A stretch of DNA of 64,000 bases from Parcubacteria bacterium C7867-005. Its GTDB lineage: Bacteria; Patescibacteriota; Minisyncoccia; Phycocordibacterales; Zambryskibacteraceae. Below are positions 38,377-48,547 of this stretch, in pieces. Location: contig LFCO01000001.1 in NCBI GenBank assembly GCA_001189165.1, forward strand, positions 84,321-148,320, given 5' to 3'. Every line of letters starts with the position of its first letter. Position 1 is the first letter of the stretch. The notes beneath the pieces are model-generated. The model was not told the origin of the DNA. It saw only the letters and a list, made by a program, of their open reading frames with translations, and did not search any database. The position numbers were made by a program, and so were the translations under genes.

Positions 38377-39609
38377 ATGGATCAGCACAAGAAGGTAGGA
38401 TCGAGAATCTTTCTCATCATCATATTGGTTTCCTTAGTATTTTATTGGGGATTTTACTTGGGCAAATCAAGTATCGAGGCGGCTGAGTCTCCTACTTCTT
38501 CTAAGCTTGAAAATATAACAGAGAACAAACCCTCCTCTGTCGACTTCGCTCCTTTTTGGAAGGCGTGGAATCTTTTGAATGAAAAATATGTGCCTTCCGC
38601 AACTTCGAGCAAAGAGATAACAGATGAAGACAAAGTTTGGGGGGCAATCTCTGGACTAGCGTCATCTTTGGGTGATCCATATACAGTGTTTTTTCCTCCG
38701 ACTCAGTCAGAATTGTTTGCTGCAGATATAAGAGGGAACTTTGAAGGCGTGGGAATGGAGCTGACTGCAAGAGACGGTGCTTTGGTGGTGATTGCGCCTC
38801 TGAAGGGTAGTCCAGCAGAGAAGTCAGGACTTTTGCCCGGGGACCGGATACTCAAAATTGACGACAAAGACACTGGAAACATCAGTACAGAGGATGCGGT
38901 TAAACTTATTCGTGGACCAAAAGGAACAGAGGTCAAATTTAGTATCTCACGAACAGGTAGAGCCCAGGCTTTTATTGTGTCTGTCATCAGAGACACCATC
39001 GATATACCAACAATTGATACTAAAAATCTAGGTAACGATATTTTCAAAATAGATCTTTATAGCTTTACTGCTGGTTCTCCAAACTTGTTTAGAAAAGCTC
39101 TAAGAGAATTTGTTGAGTCTGGTAGTCATAAACTTGTTCTCGATTTGCGTGGTAACCCCGGTGGATACCTAGAGGCAGCCATAGACATGGCTAGCTGGTT
39201 TCTCCCTTCGGGCAAGATTGTAGTTCGAGAGAATTTTGGAGAAGGCAAAGAAGAGATTGTCTACAGATCTAAGGGGTACGATGTTTTTACTGATAAATTA
39301 AAATTTGTGGTTCTGGTGGACGGTGGATCTGCCTCCGCTTCAGAGATCTTTGCTGGTGCTGTAAAAGAGCACAAGAGGGCGGTCATCGTAGGGGAGAAAA
39401 CTTTCGGTAAGGGTTCCGTTCAAGAGCTCGTCGACATCACCTCCAAGACTTCACTGAAGATCACTATCGCACGCTGGTTGACCCCCGATGGTACATCTAT
39501 ATCCAAAGATGGTGTAGTGCCTGATTTCGAAGTAAAACGAACTGAAGCAGACGTCAAAGCGGGGAAAGATCCACAGCTTGAGAAAGCTCTCGAAATACTG
39601 AATAATTAG
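38377..39609 (+). CDS. C-terminal processing peptidase (S41, PDZ)
   Basis: [31 protein letters not shown]. Confidence 0.93.
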   Translation: MDQHKKVGSRIFLIIILVSLVFYWGFYLGKSSIEAAESPTSSKLENITENKPSSVDFAPFWKAWNLLNEKYVPSATSSKEITDEDKVWGAISGLASSLGDPYTVFFPPTQSELFAADIRGNFEGVGMELTARDGALVVIAPLKGSPAEKSGLLPGDRILKIDDKDTGNISTEDAVKLIRGPKGTEVKFSISRTGRAQAFIVSVIRDTIDIPTIDTKNLGNDIFKIDLYSFTAGSPNLFRKALREFVESGSHKLVLDLRGNPGGYLEAAIDMASWFLPSGKIVVRENFGEGKEEIVYRSKGYDVFTDKLKFVVLVDGGSASASEIFAGAVKEHKRAVIVGEKTFGKGSVQELVDITSKTSLKITIARWLTPDGTSISKDGVVPDFEVKRTEADVKAGKDPQLEKALEILNN

Positions 39610-39614
39610 GGTCT

Positions 39615-40061
39615 ATGAAGGTTATCTTACTAAAGGATGTGAAGGGGATCGGACGTCGCTTCGAAGAGAAAGACGTATCTGATGGACACGCTTTGAATTT
39701 CCTCATACCCCAAAAACTAGCTACTCCGGCTACGGGCGGCAGTGCTGGTCAGATTAAGGCGATGAAAGACAGAGAGAGTCAGCACAAGGATGCAGAAAGT
39801 AAAAAACTACTCGAGAACATAAGCAAACTCAAAGAGTCAGAAGTGGTGATGGTGGCCAAAGCAAATGAAAAAAATCATCTCTTCGCATCTTTAACTAAAG
39901 AAAAGATTTCCGAATTTCTGTCCAAAGAAAAGCAAATCAACATCGCTCCAGAACTTATTCTCCTCCCAAGTCCGATCAAAGAACTTGGAACCTTCGATAT
40001 CTCCATAAAAACAAACAGCGACAAAACTTCTCACTTCACTCTAACGATCAAGTCAAATTAA
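39615..40061 (+). CDS. rplI: 50S ribosomal protein L9
   Basis: [11 protein letters not shown]...V.DG.A.NFLIP; PIKELG. Confidence 0.95.
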   Translation: MKVILLKDVKGIGRRFEEKDVSDGHALNFLIPQKLATPATGGSAGQIKAMKDRESQHKDAESKKLLENISKLKESEVVMVAKANEKNHLFASLTKEKISEFLSKEKQINIAPELILLPSPIKELGTFDISIKTNSDKTSHFTLTIKSN

Positions 40062-40070
40062 CCTTCCCCC

Positions 40071-40093
40071 GTGTCAACCTGGCAGGTTGACAC
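40071..40093. repeat. Second copy of the 23-bp palindrome
   Basis: GTGTCAACCTG-G-CAGGTTGACAC, the exact reverse complement of 27633-27655. Confidence 0.8.
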
Positions 40094-40131
40094 ACCACGG
40101 GGATGGGACTCATAATTAAACAAAGATAATT

Positions 40132-40848
40132 TTGATGTTTAGATATTACGCAAAGCTCCTATCAGTACCACTGACGTTTTTACTCCTTTATATATCGCTT
40201 GCAGCGGTGTGGCTGGTGTTTGATTTTCCAGAGACACAAGAACTTTTGGTTGTTGTAAATTACTGGTTTGATAAATATGGACTACCAGCGCTTTTTATAT
40301 GTTCAGTTTTGGAGGGCATACTTCTTGTCGGTACGTATTTCCCTGGGGTATTTGTAATCTTCGTCAGCGTTATTTTGGCGGATAATCCAATAGAGGCTAT
40401 TTTTGCAATCCTTGTTGGCACAGCGGGTTTGATGATCGCGCATATTATAAATTATATTTTGGGTAAATATGGATGGTACAGGTTATTTGTTAAGTTTGGG
40501 TTACAAAATGCTATCGGGCAGTCCCAAACCAAATTATTGAAAAGAGGACCCATAGCTATACTCGGAAGTTACTGGTCTCCGGCCTTGGGTGCGCTTACAG
40601 ATACAGCAGCAGGGATAATGCAGATGCCGTTTAAAATATTTATAACCTACTCACTCATGTCGGCGGTTTTATGGAACAGCTTTGTTGGATCAATCGTCTA
40701 TGTATGGGGAGATGGCGCGCTTTCTATAGCTTCACCTGGTGGTCAACGCAATTTTCTCTTATATGCAATTATCGGTTTTTGGATAACTGCATTGTTGGTA
40801 GGGGATTTTATAGAAAAACGAAAGAACCGCCAGGGGGCGGTTCTTTAG
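40132..40848 (+). CDS. DedA-family membrane protein
   Basis: LEG.LLVG.YFPG, NY.LGKYG, AAG..QMP...F..Y......W. Confidence 0.8.
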   Translation: MMFRYYAKLLSVPLTFLLLYISLAAVWLVFDFPETQELLVVVNYWFDKYGLPALFICSVLEGILLVGTYFPGVFVIFVSVILADNPIEAIFAILVGTAGLMIAHIINYILGKYGWYRLFVKFGLQNAIGQSQTKLLKRGPIAILGSYWSPALGALTDTAAGIMQMPFKIFITYSLMSAVLWNSFVGSIVYVWGDGALSIASPGGQRNFLLYAIIGFWITALLVGDFIEKRKNRQGAVL

Positions 40849-40851
40849 AGC

Positions 40852-41139
40852 TTACTTAACTTCGACGGGGAGGATGTGCATGACTTTCTTGAGCACAGTT
40901 TTGTTATCGAAATGTATTTTGCGTTTGTAGCCGAGCTTGACCTCACCTGCCTTGAGGGCAAACAGGGTGTGATCCTTGCCTATACCCACGTTCTTTCCGG
41001 GGAGAACGTCTGTACCTCTTTGGCGAACCAAAACTGACCCGACCTTGGCAAAAGAGCCGTGGGTAAGCTTAACACCCAAGTATTTTGGATTGGAATCTCG
41101 GCCGTTTTTGGTTGTACCTGCGGACTTTTTATGTGCCAT
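40852..41139 (-). CDS. rpmA: 50S ribosomal protein L27
   Basis: [35 protein letters not shown]. Confidence 0.97.
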   Translation of the reverse strand: MAHKKSAGTTKNGRDSNPKYLGVKLTHGSFAKVGSVLVRQRGTDVLPGKNVGIGKDHTLFALKAGEVKLGYKRKIHFDNKTVLKKVMHILPVEVK

Positions 41140-41159
41140 AACGTTGTATAATTAGCCAG

Positions 41160-41624
41160 ATGAGTATACCCAAAGAGCCAGATAAAATCAAGACCACAGA
41201 GAGCTTGGTGACCACAGAAACTGTCTCTTTTGGTCCAAATGGCCATATAGAAGATAAATCAGTCCTAGCTAGGTACTTTTGGGCTATTTGCCTGATATTG
41301 GTGTCGCTCCTCAGTTTTGGTGTGGGGAGGCTATCAAAGGTGGGGGTTGGGGGTGAGATAAAATTTACTTATGATCCGAGCCTATCTGCTTTAATGCAGA
41401 GTCAAAAATCTGAAAAGCAAACAAAATCGACAGAGGCCAATATCGATCAAATAAATACCTCAACAAATGTAGCTGTGGTCGCTTCGAGTAAGGGAACCAA
41501 GTATCACTACCCAAATTGTCCTGGGGCTCGCACTATTTCAGAAAAAAATAAAATATCTTTTGCAAGTGTGGCCATGGCCGAATCAGCAGGTTACACACTA
41601 GCCTTGAACTGCAAACCGAAATAA
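41160..41624 (+). CDS. Membrane protein with C-terminal Ada-like metal-binding domain
   Basis: TM (LSFGVGRLS); VASSKGTKYHYPNC....I...NK..F.S...AE.AGY....NC. Confidence 0.75.
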   Translation: MSIPKEPDKIKTTESLVTTETVSFGPNGHIEDKSVLARYFWAICLILVSLLSFGVGRLSKVGVGGEIKFTYDPSLSALMQSQKSEKQTKSTEANIDQINTSTNVAVVASSKGTKYHYPNCPGARTISEKNKISFASVAMAESAGYTLALNCKPK

Positions 41625-41670
41625 TTAGGTGATAGAGAGAATAGAAAAATTGTGCGATAATTGAGGATAA

Positions 41671-42966
41671 ATGATGATTAAACGACCTAAACCGGCCGGA
41701 CTCGGCAGATCTTTGTCTCTTGGTTGGTTTCTTGCATACAGACAAGTCAGGAGATCTAGTTGGGCTACGACAGCCCTCATTGTTTTTGTGATGATGCTGA
41801 CATTCTTAAACCTTGTTGTCGTCCGGGGTGTGCTGGTCGGACTTATCCAGGGATCTACAGATGTTTATAAAAAATATTACGCTGGGGATATCATCATCTC
41901 ATCGCTCCCTAAAAAGGATTATATAGAGAACAGTCCAAATATAGTGAACATCGTTGATGGGCTACCATGGGTAGAAAGTTATTCGGCTAGATATGTTGTC
42001 GGGGGTACAGTTGAAGCAGAATATAAAACCAAATTAAGAGAAACAGATGCAGCGAACCAAGCAAGTGGCTTGGTCGCTGGGATAGACCCGATCAAAGAGG
42101 ATCAAACCACAAACCTTTCCAAGAAAATGGTTGAGGGCGAGTATCTAACTCCATCAGATACGGATTCCGTTCTCCTCGGGTCAACTCTGTTGAAAAAGTA
42201 TACAAATGTAGATGTGCCAGGGTTTACTTTGCTCGAGAGAGTTAATATCGGAGATAGGGTCAGATTAAAAATAGGAGAAAATGTTAGAGAAGTTACCGTC
42301 AAGGGGTTTATCCAAACCAAAACAGATGTTGATCAACGCATCATCATGCTTGATTCAACTCTGCGCAATCTTATCGGTAGAGGCGACTACAATGTGGATG
42401 AGATTGCGGTCAAACTCGTCCCGGGCTCGGATGTTTTAGTGGTAAAGAGCGCTTTACAAAAGAGTGGGGTGGGGGAGACTGCTCGAGTCCAGACCGCTGA
42501 CGAAGCTCTACCCAGCTTCCTCATAGATATAAAAAATACTTTTGCTGTGCTTGGTAACGTGGTCGGCTCTATCGGTTTGGTGGTGGCATCTATTACTATT
42601 TTTATCGTCATATTCATTAATGCGATCACCCGCAGGAAGTATATCGGGATCTTGAAGGGAATAGGGATCAACTCTATCTCTATTGAGTTCGCATATGTGC
42701 TTCAGTCGGTTTTCTACGCACTCCTCGGTATTTTGTTTGGAATGTTAATCCTCTACGGACTCCTGGTGCCGTTTGTTGATGCACATCCGATCAAGTTCCC
42801 ATTTTCTGATGGCATTCTAGTTGCTGAACTTTCTTCTACTCTTATCCGTGCGGGGTTACTCATGTTCGCGACGATTATCGCAGGCTACATCCCCGCGAGA
42901 ATCGTGGTCAAGCAAAATACGCTTGATGCGATATTGGGTAGGTCTAGTGAAAAACCAAAAAAATGA
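41671..42966 (+). CDS. ABC transporter permease (MacB/LolE/FtsX type)
   Basis: One N-terminal TM, large extracytoplasmic domain, RRKYIGILKGIG, three C-terminal TMs, YIPAR. Confidence 0.9.
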   Translation: MMIKRPKPAGLGRSLSLGWFLAYRQVRRSSWATTALIVFVMMLTFLNLVVVRGVLVGLIQGSTDVYKKYYAGDIIISSLPKKDYIENSPNIVNIVDGLPWVESYSARYVVGGTVEAEYKTKLRETDAANQASGLVAGIDPIKEDQTTNLSKKMVEGEYLTPSDTDSVLLGSTLLKKYTNVDVPGFTLLERVNIGDRVRLKIGENVREVTVKGFIQTKTDVDQRIIMLDSTLRNLIGRGDYNVDEIAVKLVPGSDVLVVKSALQKSGVGETARVQTADEALPSFLIDIKNTFAVLGNVVGSIGLVVASITIFIVIFINAITRRKYIGILKGIGINSISIEFAYVLQSVFYALLGILFGMLILYGLLVPFVDAHPIKFPFSDGILVAELSSTLIRAGLLMFATIIAGYIPARIVVKQNTLDAILGRSSEKPKK

Positions 42967-43646
42967 TTGAAGTAAAAAATCTAGTAAAGAAATTTGAGAG
43001 TGGTGAAGGTGTGCTTCTTGCTGTTAACAATGTTTCTTTCAGCGTAAGCACTGGAGAATTTGTGGCTATCACAGGGAGGTCGGGTTCAGGTAAATCAACC
43101 CTAATGTATCAGCTCGGCTTACTGGATCACCCATCTGAAGGGAGGATTATTATCGACGGTGAAGACATCACAGATCTGCCACACCATGAGAGAACATCTA
43201 TTCGTCTGAATTCTCTTGGGTATGTGTTTCAGGATTATGCCTTGCTACCAGAATTATCTGCTATAGAAAATGTACTCATCCCTCTCCTTATGCAGGGATT
43301 GCCACAAACGGAGGCACTAGAGAAAGCCAAAAATTCGCTTGTCCGCATAGGACTTGGAGATCGTTTGCACCACCTTCCATCTCAGCTTTCTGGTGGGCAA
43401 CAACAACGTGTTTCTATTGCTAGGGCGATAGCCCATGATCCGAAAATTATTTTTGCAGATGAGCCAACAGCAAACCTAGATTCAGAATCGTCTCTTTTGG
43501 TTTTAAAAAACTTTATTGAATTAAATAACGAAGGGCAGACTATTCTCATGGTCACTCATGAGCCAGAGTATGCGGCGATGGCTCACAGAGTGATAACTCT
43601 TTCAGATGGAGAAATATCAAGTGACAAGTGGAATAAAATAAAATAA
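42963..43646 (+). CDS. ABC transporter ATP-binding protein (LolD/MacB type)
   Basis: GRSGSGKST, LSGGQQQRV, ADEPT.NLD, VTHE. Confidence 0.95.
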   Translation: MIEVKNLVKKFESGEGVLLAVNNVSFSVSTGEFVAITGRSGSGKSTLMYQLGLLDHPSEGRIIIDGEDITDLPHHERTSIRLNSLGYVFQDYALLPELSAIENVLIPLLMQGLPQTEALEKAKNSLVRIGLGDRLHHLPSQLSGGQQQRVSIARAIAHDPKIIFADEPTANLDSESSLLVLKNFIELNNEGQTILMVTHEPEYAAMAHRVITLSDGEISSDKWNKIK

Positions 43647-43664
43647 GGTATAGTAGTAACCCAT

Positions 43665-45224
43665 ATGATAAAAAACAAACTCAGCATCCTGGTAAATAAA
43701 ATAAAATCACTATCCAAAAGACAGAGGATATTTTCTATAATTGGCATTATAGTTTTGTTTTTTATTCTCTCTAGTATAGGAGGGGAAGATAAAACAGAAG
43801 TCGTGTTAGTGACTAGGGGGACAGTAGAAGAAGAAGTTTTGGTGACCGGTAAAACAAAATCACGTACTGAGGTCAACTTGGGGTTCGAGGCTTCTGGTAG
43901 AATTGTTTTCTCTAATGTAGAAGTTGGATCCAAGGTTTATGAAGGGCAAACGCTCGTCGAGTTGGATCAGAGTGACCTATTGGCTAAACTGCGTAAAGCA
44001 GATGCTAATTTGAACCAGGCTTTGGTAGAACTTGAGTCGACCAAGAGGACCAGTGTTGTCTCAAACCAAACTGCAGAGGACGCTCTACTTCTCAATCTGA
44101 AGGATGCATACATAAAATCTGATAATGCTGTAAGGAACAGCATCGACCAGTTCTTCACTAACCCAGTCGGACAAACACGCAAATTCAACCCTTCGATAAT
44201 AGTGGACGGTTTTACTTATTATGGAGATATTAATGAAAGTGTAAAAAAAGATATAACTGCAGATAGGCAGATGATCGAGAAACTCCTATCTGAATGGGAA
44301 TTGGCACAAGCAAGCCTCAATAAACAAAGTGATTTGGAGGAGGGATTCATGCTCGCGCAAAATAATTTGAATCAAGTGCAGGTTTTTGTAGAGAAAGTCG
44401 CAAATGCCATAAACTCTTTCTCCTACAAAGATCAGAATTATAATGTGATCAGGAACAATGACACCATAGAGAGTTACAAGGCCACCATGTCGGTGACTCG
44501 AACATCTCTAACTACAGTAGGTACAAATATGCTGGCTGCGAAGGATAAGTACAACAGCGCACCACAGGAGGTGGGGATGGGTAAATCACTCGATCTAGTG
44601 CTTATCGAAGAGGCCAAGATAGAATCTCTTCGTGCTGATAAGGCACTCATAGAAGCAGATTTGAGGAAGACAGTGTTAAGGTCACCTATAAATGGTTTGG
44701 TGACAAAGATGGATGCCAAGAAAGGAGAGATAGTGACTACGGGAGGATCTTTGGTTGGTATAATTTCTGACGAATTACTCCAGATAGAGGCTTTTGTATC
44801 CGAGGTGAACATAGGCAAGGTCAGGGTGGGGAACAGGGTGTCGGTAGAGTTCGATGCGATCAAAGATACAGAGTATTCGGGCAAAGTAGTTTATGTTGAC
44901 CCAGCTTCAACCTTGGTCGATGGTGTGCCAACATACAAAGTCACGGTTATCTTTGATAATAGTGATACAAGCAAGGATCTGTCTGTTATTCGAAGTGGTC
45001 TGACAGCAAACTTGAAGATAGAAACCAAGAAAATAGAAGACGTTCTAAAGATCCCTGAATACGCCCTAGAGAAGAGATCCGATGGTAATTTTGTCCTTGT
45101 GCTATCAGATAGTGGGGAAGAGGAGAGGGAAGTGGAGGTGGGTCTACGAGGAAAGGATGGCCAAATTGAAGTAATCTCCGGTCTTTCTGTGGATGAAAAG
45201 ATCAAAGTTTCTGCAAGTAACTAA
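43665..45224 (+). CDS. Efflux membrane-fusion (HlyD/MacA-like) adaptor with long coiled coil
   Basis: LGFE.SGRI....V.VG..V..GQ.L..LD; LRSPING.V; G.V.YVDP; GLTAN..I. Confidence 0.85.
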   Translation: MIKNKLSILVNKIKSLSKRQRIFSIIGIIVLFFILSSIGGEDKTEVVLVTRGTVEEEVLVTGKTKSRTEVNLGFEASGRIVFSNVEVGSKVYEGQTLVELDQSDLLAKLRKADANLNQALVELESTKRTSVVSNQTAEDALLLNLKDAYIKSDNAVRNSIDQFFTNPVGQTRKFNPSIIVDGFTYYGDINESVKKDITADRQMIEKLLSEWELAQASLNKQSDLEEGFMLAQNNLNQVQVFVEKVANAINSFSYKDQNYNVIRNNDTIESYKATMSVTRTSLTTVGTNMLAAKDKYNSAPQEVGMGKSLDLVLIEEAKIESLRADKALIEADLRKTVLRSPINGLVTKMDAKKGEIVTTGGSLVGIISDELLQIEAFVSEVNIGKVRVGNRVSVEFDAIKDTEYSGKVVYVDPASTLVDGVPTYKVTVIFDNSDTSKDLSVIRSGLTANLKIETKKIEDVLKIPEYALEKRSDGNFVLVLSDSGEEEREVEVGLRGKDGQIEVISGLSVDEKIKVSASN

Positions 45225-45317
45225 AACCTTGAAAAAGAGCTAAAATAGTGGTGTGGAGATACAGTTAAAACACGGCTATAAATAAGGGTATTGTTAGTTT
45301 TTGAATGACTAAAAAGC

Positions 45318-45371
45318 TTGACTTTTGGTTTGTAAAATGCTAGTATAAAAGGGAATCAGCAAGGGCTGATT
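45318..45371 (+). promoter_or_regulatory. Promoter and 5' hairpin of the lysozyme-like gene
   Basis: TTGACT-17-TAGTAT; AATCAGC-AAGG-GCTGATT immediately downstream. Confidence 0.65.
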
Positions 45372-45501
45372 TTTCGTTTGGGGGTGATATGTCGGTAACT
45401 GCGTCCCAAATTTAAAAGTTTATCCTACTGTTATTTTACAGCTTACGACCCTCAGTCTTCTCTTCAGCCTCTCATCCTCGGCTGCTGCAGTCCTACCTGC
45501 G

Positions 45502-45930
45502 ATGCTCCCGTCTGATCAGGCGATAGCCCTTCCGGAAGTAGCGATAACAGAGTCCTTGGAACCAGAGATAGTTGAATCAGAAGATTATGAGCCGATTACT
45601 GACACTGAAAACGTAGAACGTTTCGTCGCCGATTACTTCGAGGATACACCTATTCTCGCTCGTATCGCCGAATGTGAGTCACAGTATCGCCAGTTTAATT
45701 CTAAAGGTGATGTGCTACGTGGGGTAGAGAACCCACTCGATGTCGGTGTGATGCAGATCAATGAGAAGTATCACCTCGAAGATTCGAAAAAGCTCGGGTT
45801 TAACATCTACCATATCGAAGGGAATGTCGCTTATGCGGAATACCTATACGAGAAGCAGGGTGCTAAACCATGGATGTCTTCTTCTCCTTGTTGGGCAAAA
45901 TATACCCACAAGGAACTAGCAAGGAAGTAA
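45502..45930 (+). CDS. Lysozyme-like/lytic transglycosylase (SLT-like) protein; true start probably upstream
   Basis: IAECES, DVGVMQINE.YH, GN..YA..LY...G..PW..S..CW; frame is open back to 45388. Confidence 0.8.
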   Translation: MLPSDQAIALPEVAITESLEPEIVESEDYEPITDTENVERFVADYFEDTPILARIAECESQYRQFNSKGDVLRGVENPLDVGVMQINEKYHLEDSKKLGFNIYHIEGNVAYAEYLYEKQGAKPWMSSSPCWAKYTHKELARK

Positions 45931-45934
45931 TCCT

Positions 45935-45971
45935 CATAAAACCCCGTTGCAGAAATGCACGGGGTTTTATG
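45935..45971 (+). terminator. Intrinsic terminator
   Basis: CATAAAACCCCGTTGCA-GAAA-TGCACGGGGTTTTATG. Confidence 0.8.
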
Positions 45972-46066
45972 TTGTTATTGACTATTTATATATTTTGGGT
46001 TATTATTTATAAAGGCAGTTCCGTAGTAAAACAGCAACATTACTATCACCGCCGGGGATGATTAAT

Positions 46067-46549
46067 ATGGAAGAGACGACCCGCAGGTTTGTTTTCATCA
46101 GCAAGGAACCGATCTTCAGGGTCGAGTCGAGGCCGATCACGGGTCGAGTGCTACGTCAGTGGCACTCGAAGATCGATCACCACACGGCCTACTGGGCACT
46201 CATATCCGCGGACGAGGATCTCTATTCGGGAATCTTCAGCTTCAAGAACCCAAGCGCGGTGGACCTGTGGAGCTTCGGCATCAGCCAGCAACAGGTCGAC
46301 CACTTCCTCATCTACGTCGGTCATGGGATGCGGATGCAAGACGTGGTTGAACAGTTCAACCAGGCCAACATCGATCCGGCCAAGGTGACCTACGTCGTGT
46401 GCCCGTGCCAGACCATCGACGAGAAAGGGGAGTACCTCAACCTCGTCAGAAGCTGGGGCTCTCGTGCTAAGGTCATCGGCTGTGGTGTCTCGGCCATGGA
46501 GATGGGTGCTCTCATCCAGGAATACCTGGAGACGGGCGAGGTCAAGTAA
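46067..46549 (+). CDS. GC-rich hypothetical alpha/beta protein with Cys motifs (unit 7)
   Basis: Promoter TTGACT-17-TATTAT (45978-46006); GGGGA 8 nt before ATG 46067; IYVG...KVTYVVCPC...IGCG; terminator 46584-46613. Confidence 0.75.
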   Translation: MEETTRRFVFISKEPIFRVESRPITGRVLRQWHSKIDHHTAYWALISADEDLYSGIFSFKNPSAVDLWSFGISQQQVDHFLIYVGHGMRMQDVVEQFNQANIDPAKVTYVVCPCQTIDEKGEYLNLVRSWGSRAKVIGCGVSAMEMGALIQEYLETGEVK

Positions 46550-46783
46550 GCCTCTGACCATCGGTGTAATGTTGTGTGTTCACAAAGCCTGCCTCCACTG
46601 GAGAGCGGGCTTTCTTCTTGGGGGAGAGACTTATATAAGAATAGATGAACGTCGCACAATATATCTTTGCGGTATCTAATATAGGAAGCTTTTGACCGAA
46701 CCACTTCCCCACAGGCAATTTAATTTTTTGACCCAACCCATCAAGTAGTCACAAATTAAATATTTATTTTATTTTAAATTATT

Positions 46784-48046
46784 TTAATTCACTTCCCCCA
46801 TGAATGGTATACGGGATCTATTTTTAAAATTTGTTATTTCAACACTTTTTGTTTTTTGCTCCTTTTGGTCAAAAACATCATTTTGGCCCCCGGTCGACAT
46901 CATGCTTGATCCAAGCATCAACATACCCTTGCCATACCTCTTTTTGACCTTGTCGAAGGCCTTGAACACATCGTCCCATCTGTTTATTCGTTTAAATGAC
47001 CCGAACAGGTCATTTGAGACGTGGTCTGGATCAACTAATACAGATAAAGTAACCCCAGAGGCCCTATAAAAAAGATTTGGTTCGTAGATATGTTCAAAAG
47101 TCTTTTTAATTTCTTCCAAAACTAAAGACGGATTAGAAAGAGCATTCGTCAGAGGTATTTCTTGTCTATGGTATTTGAACTCAGCTGTTTTCAAAAAATA
47201 ATGTATTTTTTTGGATGCGACACCAGCCGTCCTTGCTCGCGTACACACTTCTTCAACATTCTTTGATAATTCTCCAAAGATAGTATTTCGGTTGGTGGTC
47301 TTTGGGAAAGTTCTAGTGCTTTGGATGCTTTGCTGTTCGTCTTCGTTTTTAGTGCTATGTAGTTTGTATACAGATGTACCACGCAGTTCATGCCAAGTTT
47401 CGAGTTGTGGTAAGGATAGATTATCTTTTACCCACTCCCCGCTCTTATTTATAAAATCAAGAGCTGTTCGTATGCCTAATCTTTGGATTTTTAGAGTGGT
47501 CTGTGGACCGATACCCCAAACCTTGCCTATAGGTAGGTCGTGCAGAAATGATTCTATGTTTATAAAGTTAATGATTGTTAAGCCGTTTGGTTTTTGGTGC
47601 TTGGAGGCAATTTTGGCTAATACTTTGGTAGGGGCAATACCTATGGAGAATGTTACCCCGAGCTCTTTTTCCAATGCTTGTTGTATTTCTTTGCCTGTAT
47701 TTATTGGATCTGTCGATAAGTTAGTTATATCTGCAAAGCATTCGTCCACAGAATACTCTTCTACTGACGCTGTGTACCGCCTGACTATCTCATACATTCT
47801 GTGTGCAAATATTTTGTAGTTTTTATAATTTGAATTTACAACTATTGCTTGCGGGTACAGTTTCTTGATTTGAAATACAGGCATGCCTCTAAAGATGCCG
47901 AGGGCTTTGGCTTCTGTGTTCATGGAAGTGGCTATACCCCTTTCCATGCCCGTAACCACAGGCTTCCCTCTCAAGCTTGGATTTAAAGAGATCTCACATG
48001 AAGCAAAAAATGAATCTCCATCTACGTGTAAAATAGTTTTCTGCAT
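46784..48046 (-). CDS. dinB: Y-family DNA polymerase (Pol IV/DinB-like)
   Basis: ILHVDGDSFFASCE, YSVDECF.D, SIGIAPTK.LAK.AS...KPNG, VWGIG; TATGCT 7 nt before ATG 48046. Confidence 0.9.
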   Translation of the reverse strand: MQKTILHVDGDSFFASCEISLNPSLRGKPVVTGMERGIATSMNTEAKALGIFRGMPVFQIKKLYPQAIVVNSNYKNYKIFAHRMYEIVRRYTASVEEYSVDECFADITNLSTDPINTGKEIQQALEKELGVTFSIGIAPTKVLAKIASKHQKPNGLTIINFINIESFLHDLPIGKVWGIGPQTTLKIQRLGIRTALDFINKSGEWVKDNLSLPQLETWHELRGTSVYKLHSTKNEDEQQSIQSTRTFPKTTNRNTIFGELSKNVEEVCTRARTAGVASKKIHYFLKTAEFKYHRQEIPLTNALSNPSLVLEEIKKTFEHIYEPNLFYRASGVTLSVLVDPDHVSNDLFGSFKRINRWDDVFKAFDKVKKRYGKGMLMLGSSMMSTGGQNDVFDQKEQKTKSVEITNFKNRSRIPFMGEVN

Positions 48047-48108
48047 TCTTACTAGCATAGCATCCTCTGTTTTGTATTAAGAAAGCCACCCTTTCGGGTG
48101 GCTTGTGG

Positions 48109-48444
48109 TCAGAGCCTGCTGTATTCGACGTGCGCGAGGCTGAGCCGGAGCTGTATCAGGTTGCTCTTCATCCCGACGCCTCTCGCTGTCTTCTTGACCC
48201 ATGCCCCGATCTGCTGGTGCCGTTCAGCGAGGTCCTTGTTGTTCCGCCATTCTTGGAAATTGCCCGAGATGTCGATGAAGATGTCGAGTTCCCCACGGGC
48301 CGGAACCTCGATGAGAACCACGTTCTTCACCACCAGAGCCTCGATCACCGCGGTTCTGATTCCCCGCCGGAAACTCGCCATGAATCTCTTGACCTCGGCC
48401 CTCTCCTTGATCATCTCGTGGGTGTAGACCGTCACAAGCGGCAT
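48109..48444 (-). CDS. GC-rich protein, possible tautomerase/MIF-superfamily fold (unit 8)
   Basis: Promoter TTGACC-17-TATTGT; leader AACCACCCCAAACCCATG-AGGAGG-GCTCC-ATG; begins M-P-L-V-T-V; terminator AAGCCACCC-GAAA-GGGTGGCTT (48083-48104). Confidence 0.7.
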   Translation of the reverse strand: MPLVTVYTHEMIKERAEVKRFMASFRRGIRTAVIEALVVKNVVLIEVPARGELDIFIDISGNFQEWRNNKDLAERHQQIGAWVKKTARGVGMKSNLIQLRLSLAHVEYSRL

Positions 48445-48547
48445 GGAGCCCTCCTCATGGGTTTGGGGTGGTTTTGGTTCCGCCGACAACAATACTGTTT
48501 GTTTTGAATTTGGTCAATATCACTATTTTTATACTAAGAAAGCCGAA

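Noticed and set aside
27630-40102. Palindromic repeats as a CRISPR array
   Set aside because: Only two copies 12 kb apart, no regular spacers and no cas genes.
46620-46783. AT-rich gap between unit 7 and dinB
   Set aside because: No credible ORF, repeat or stable structure was visible.
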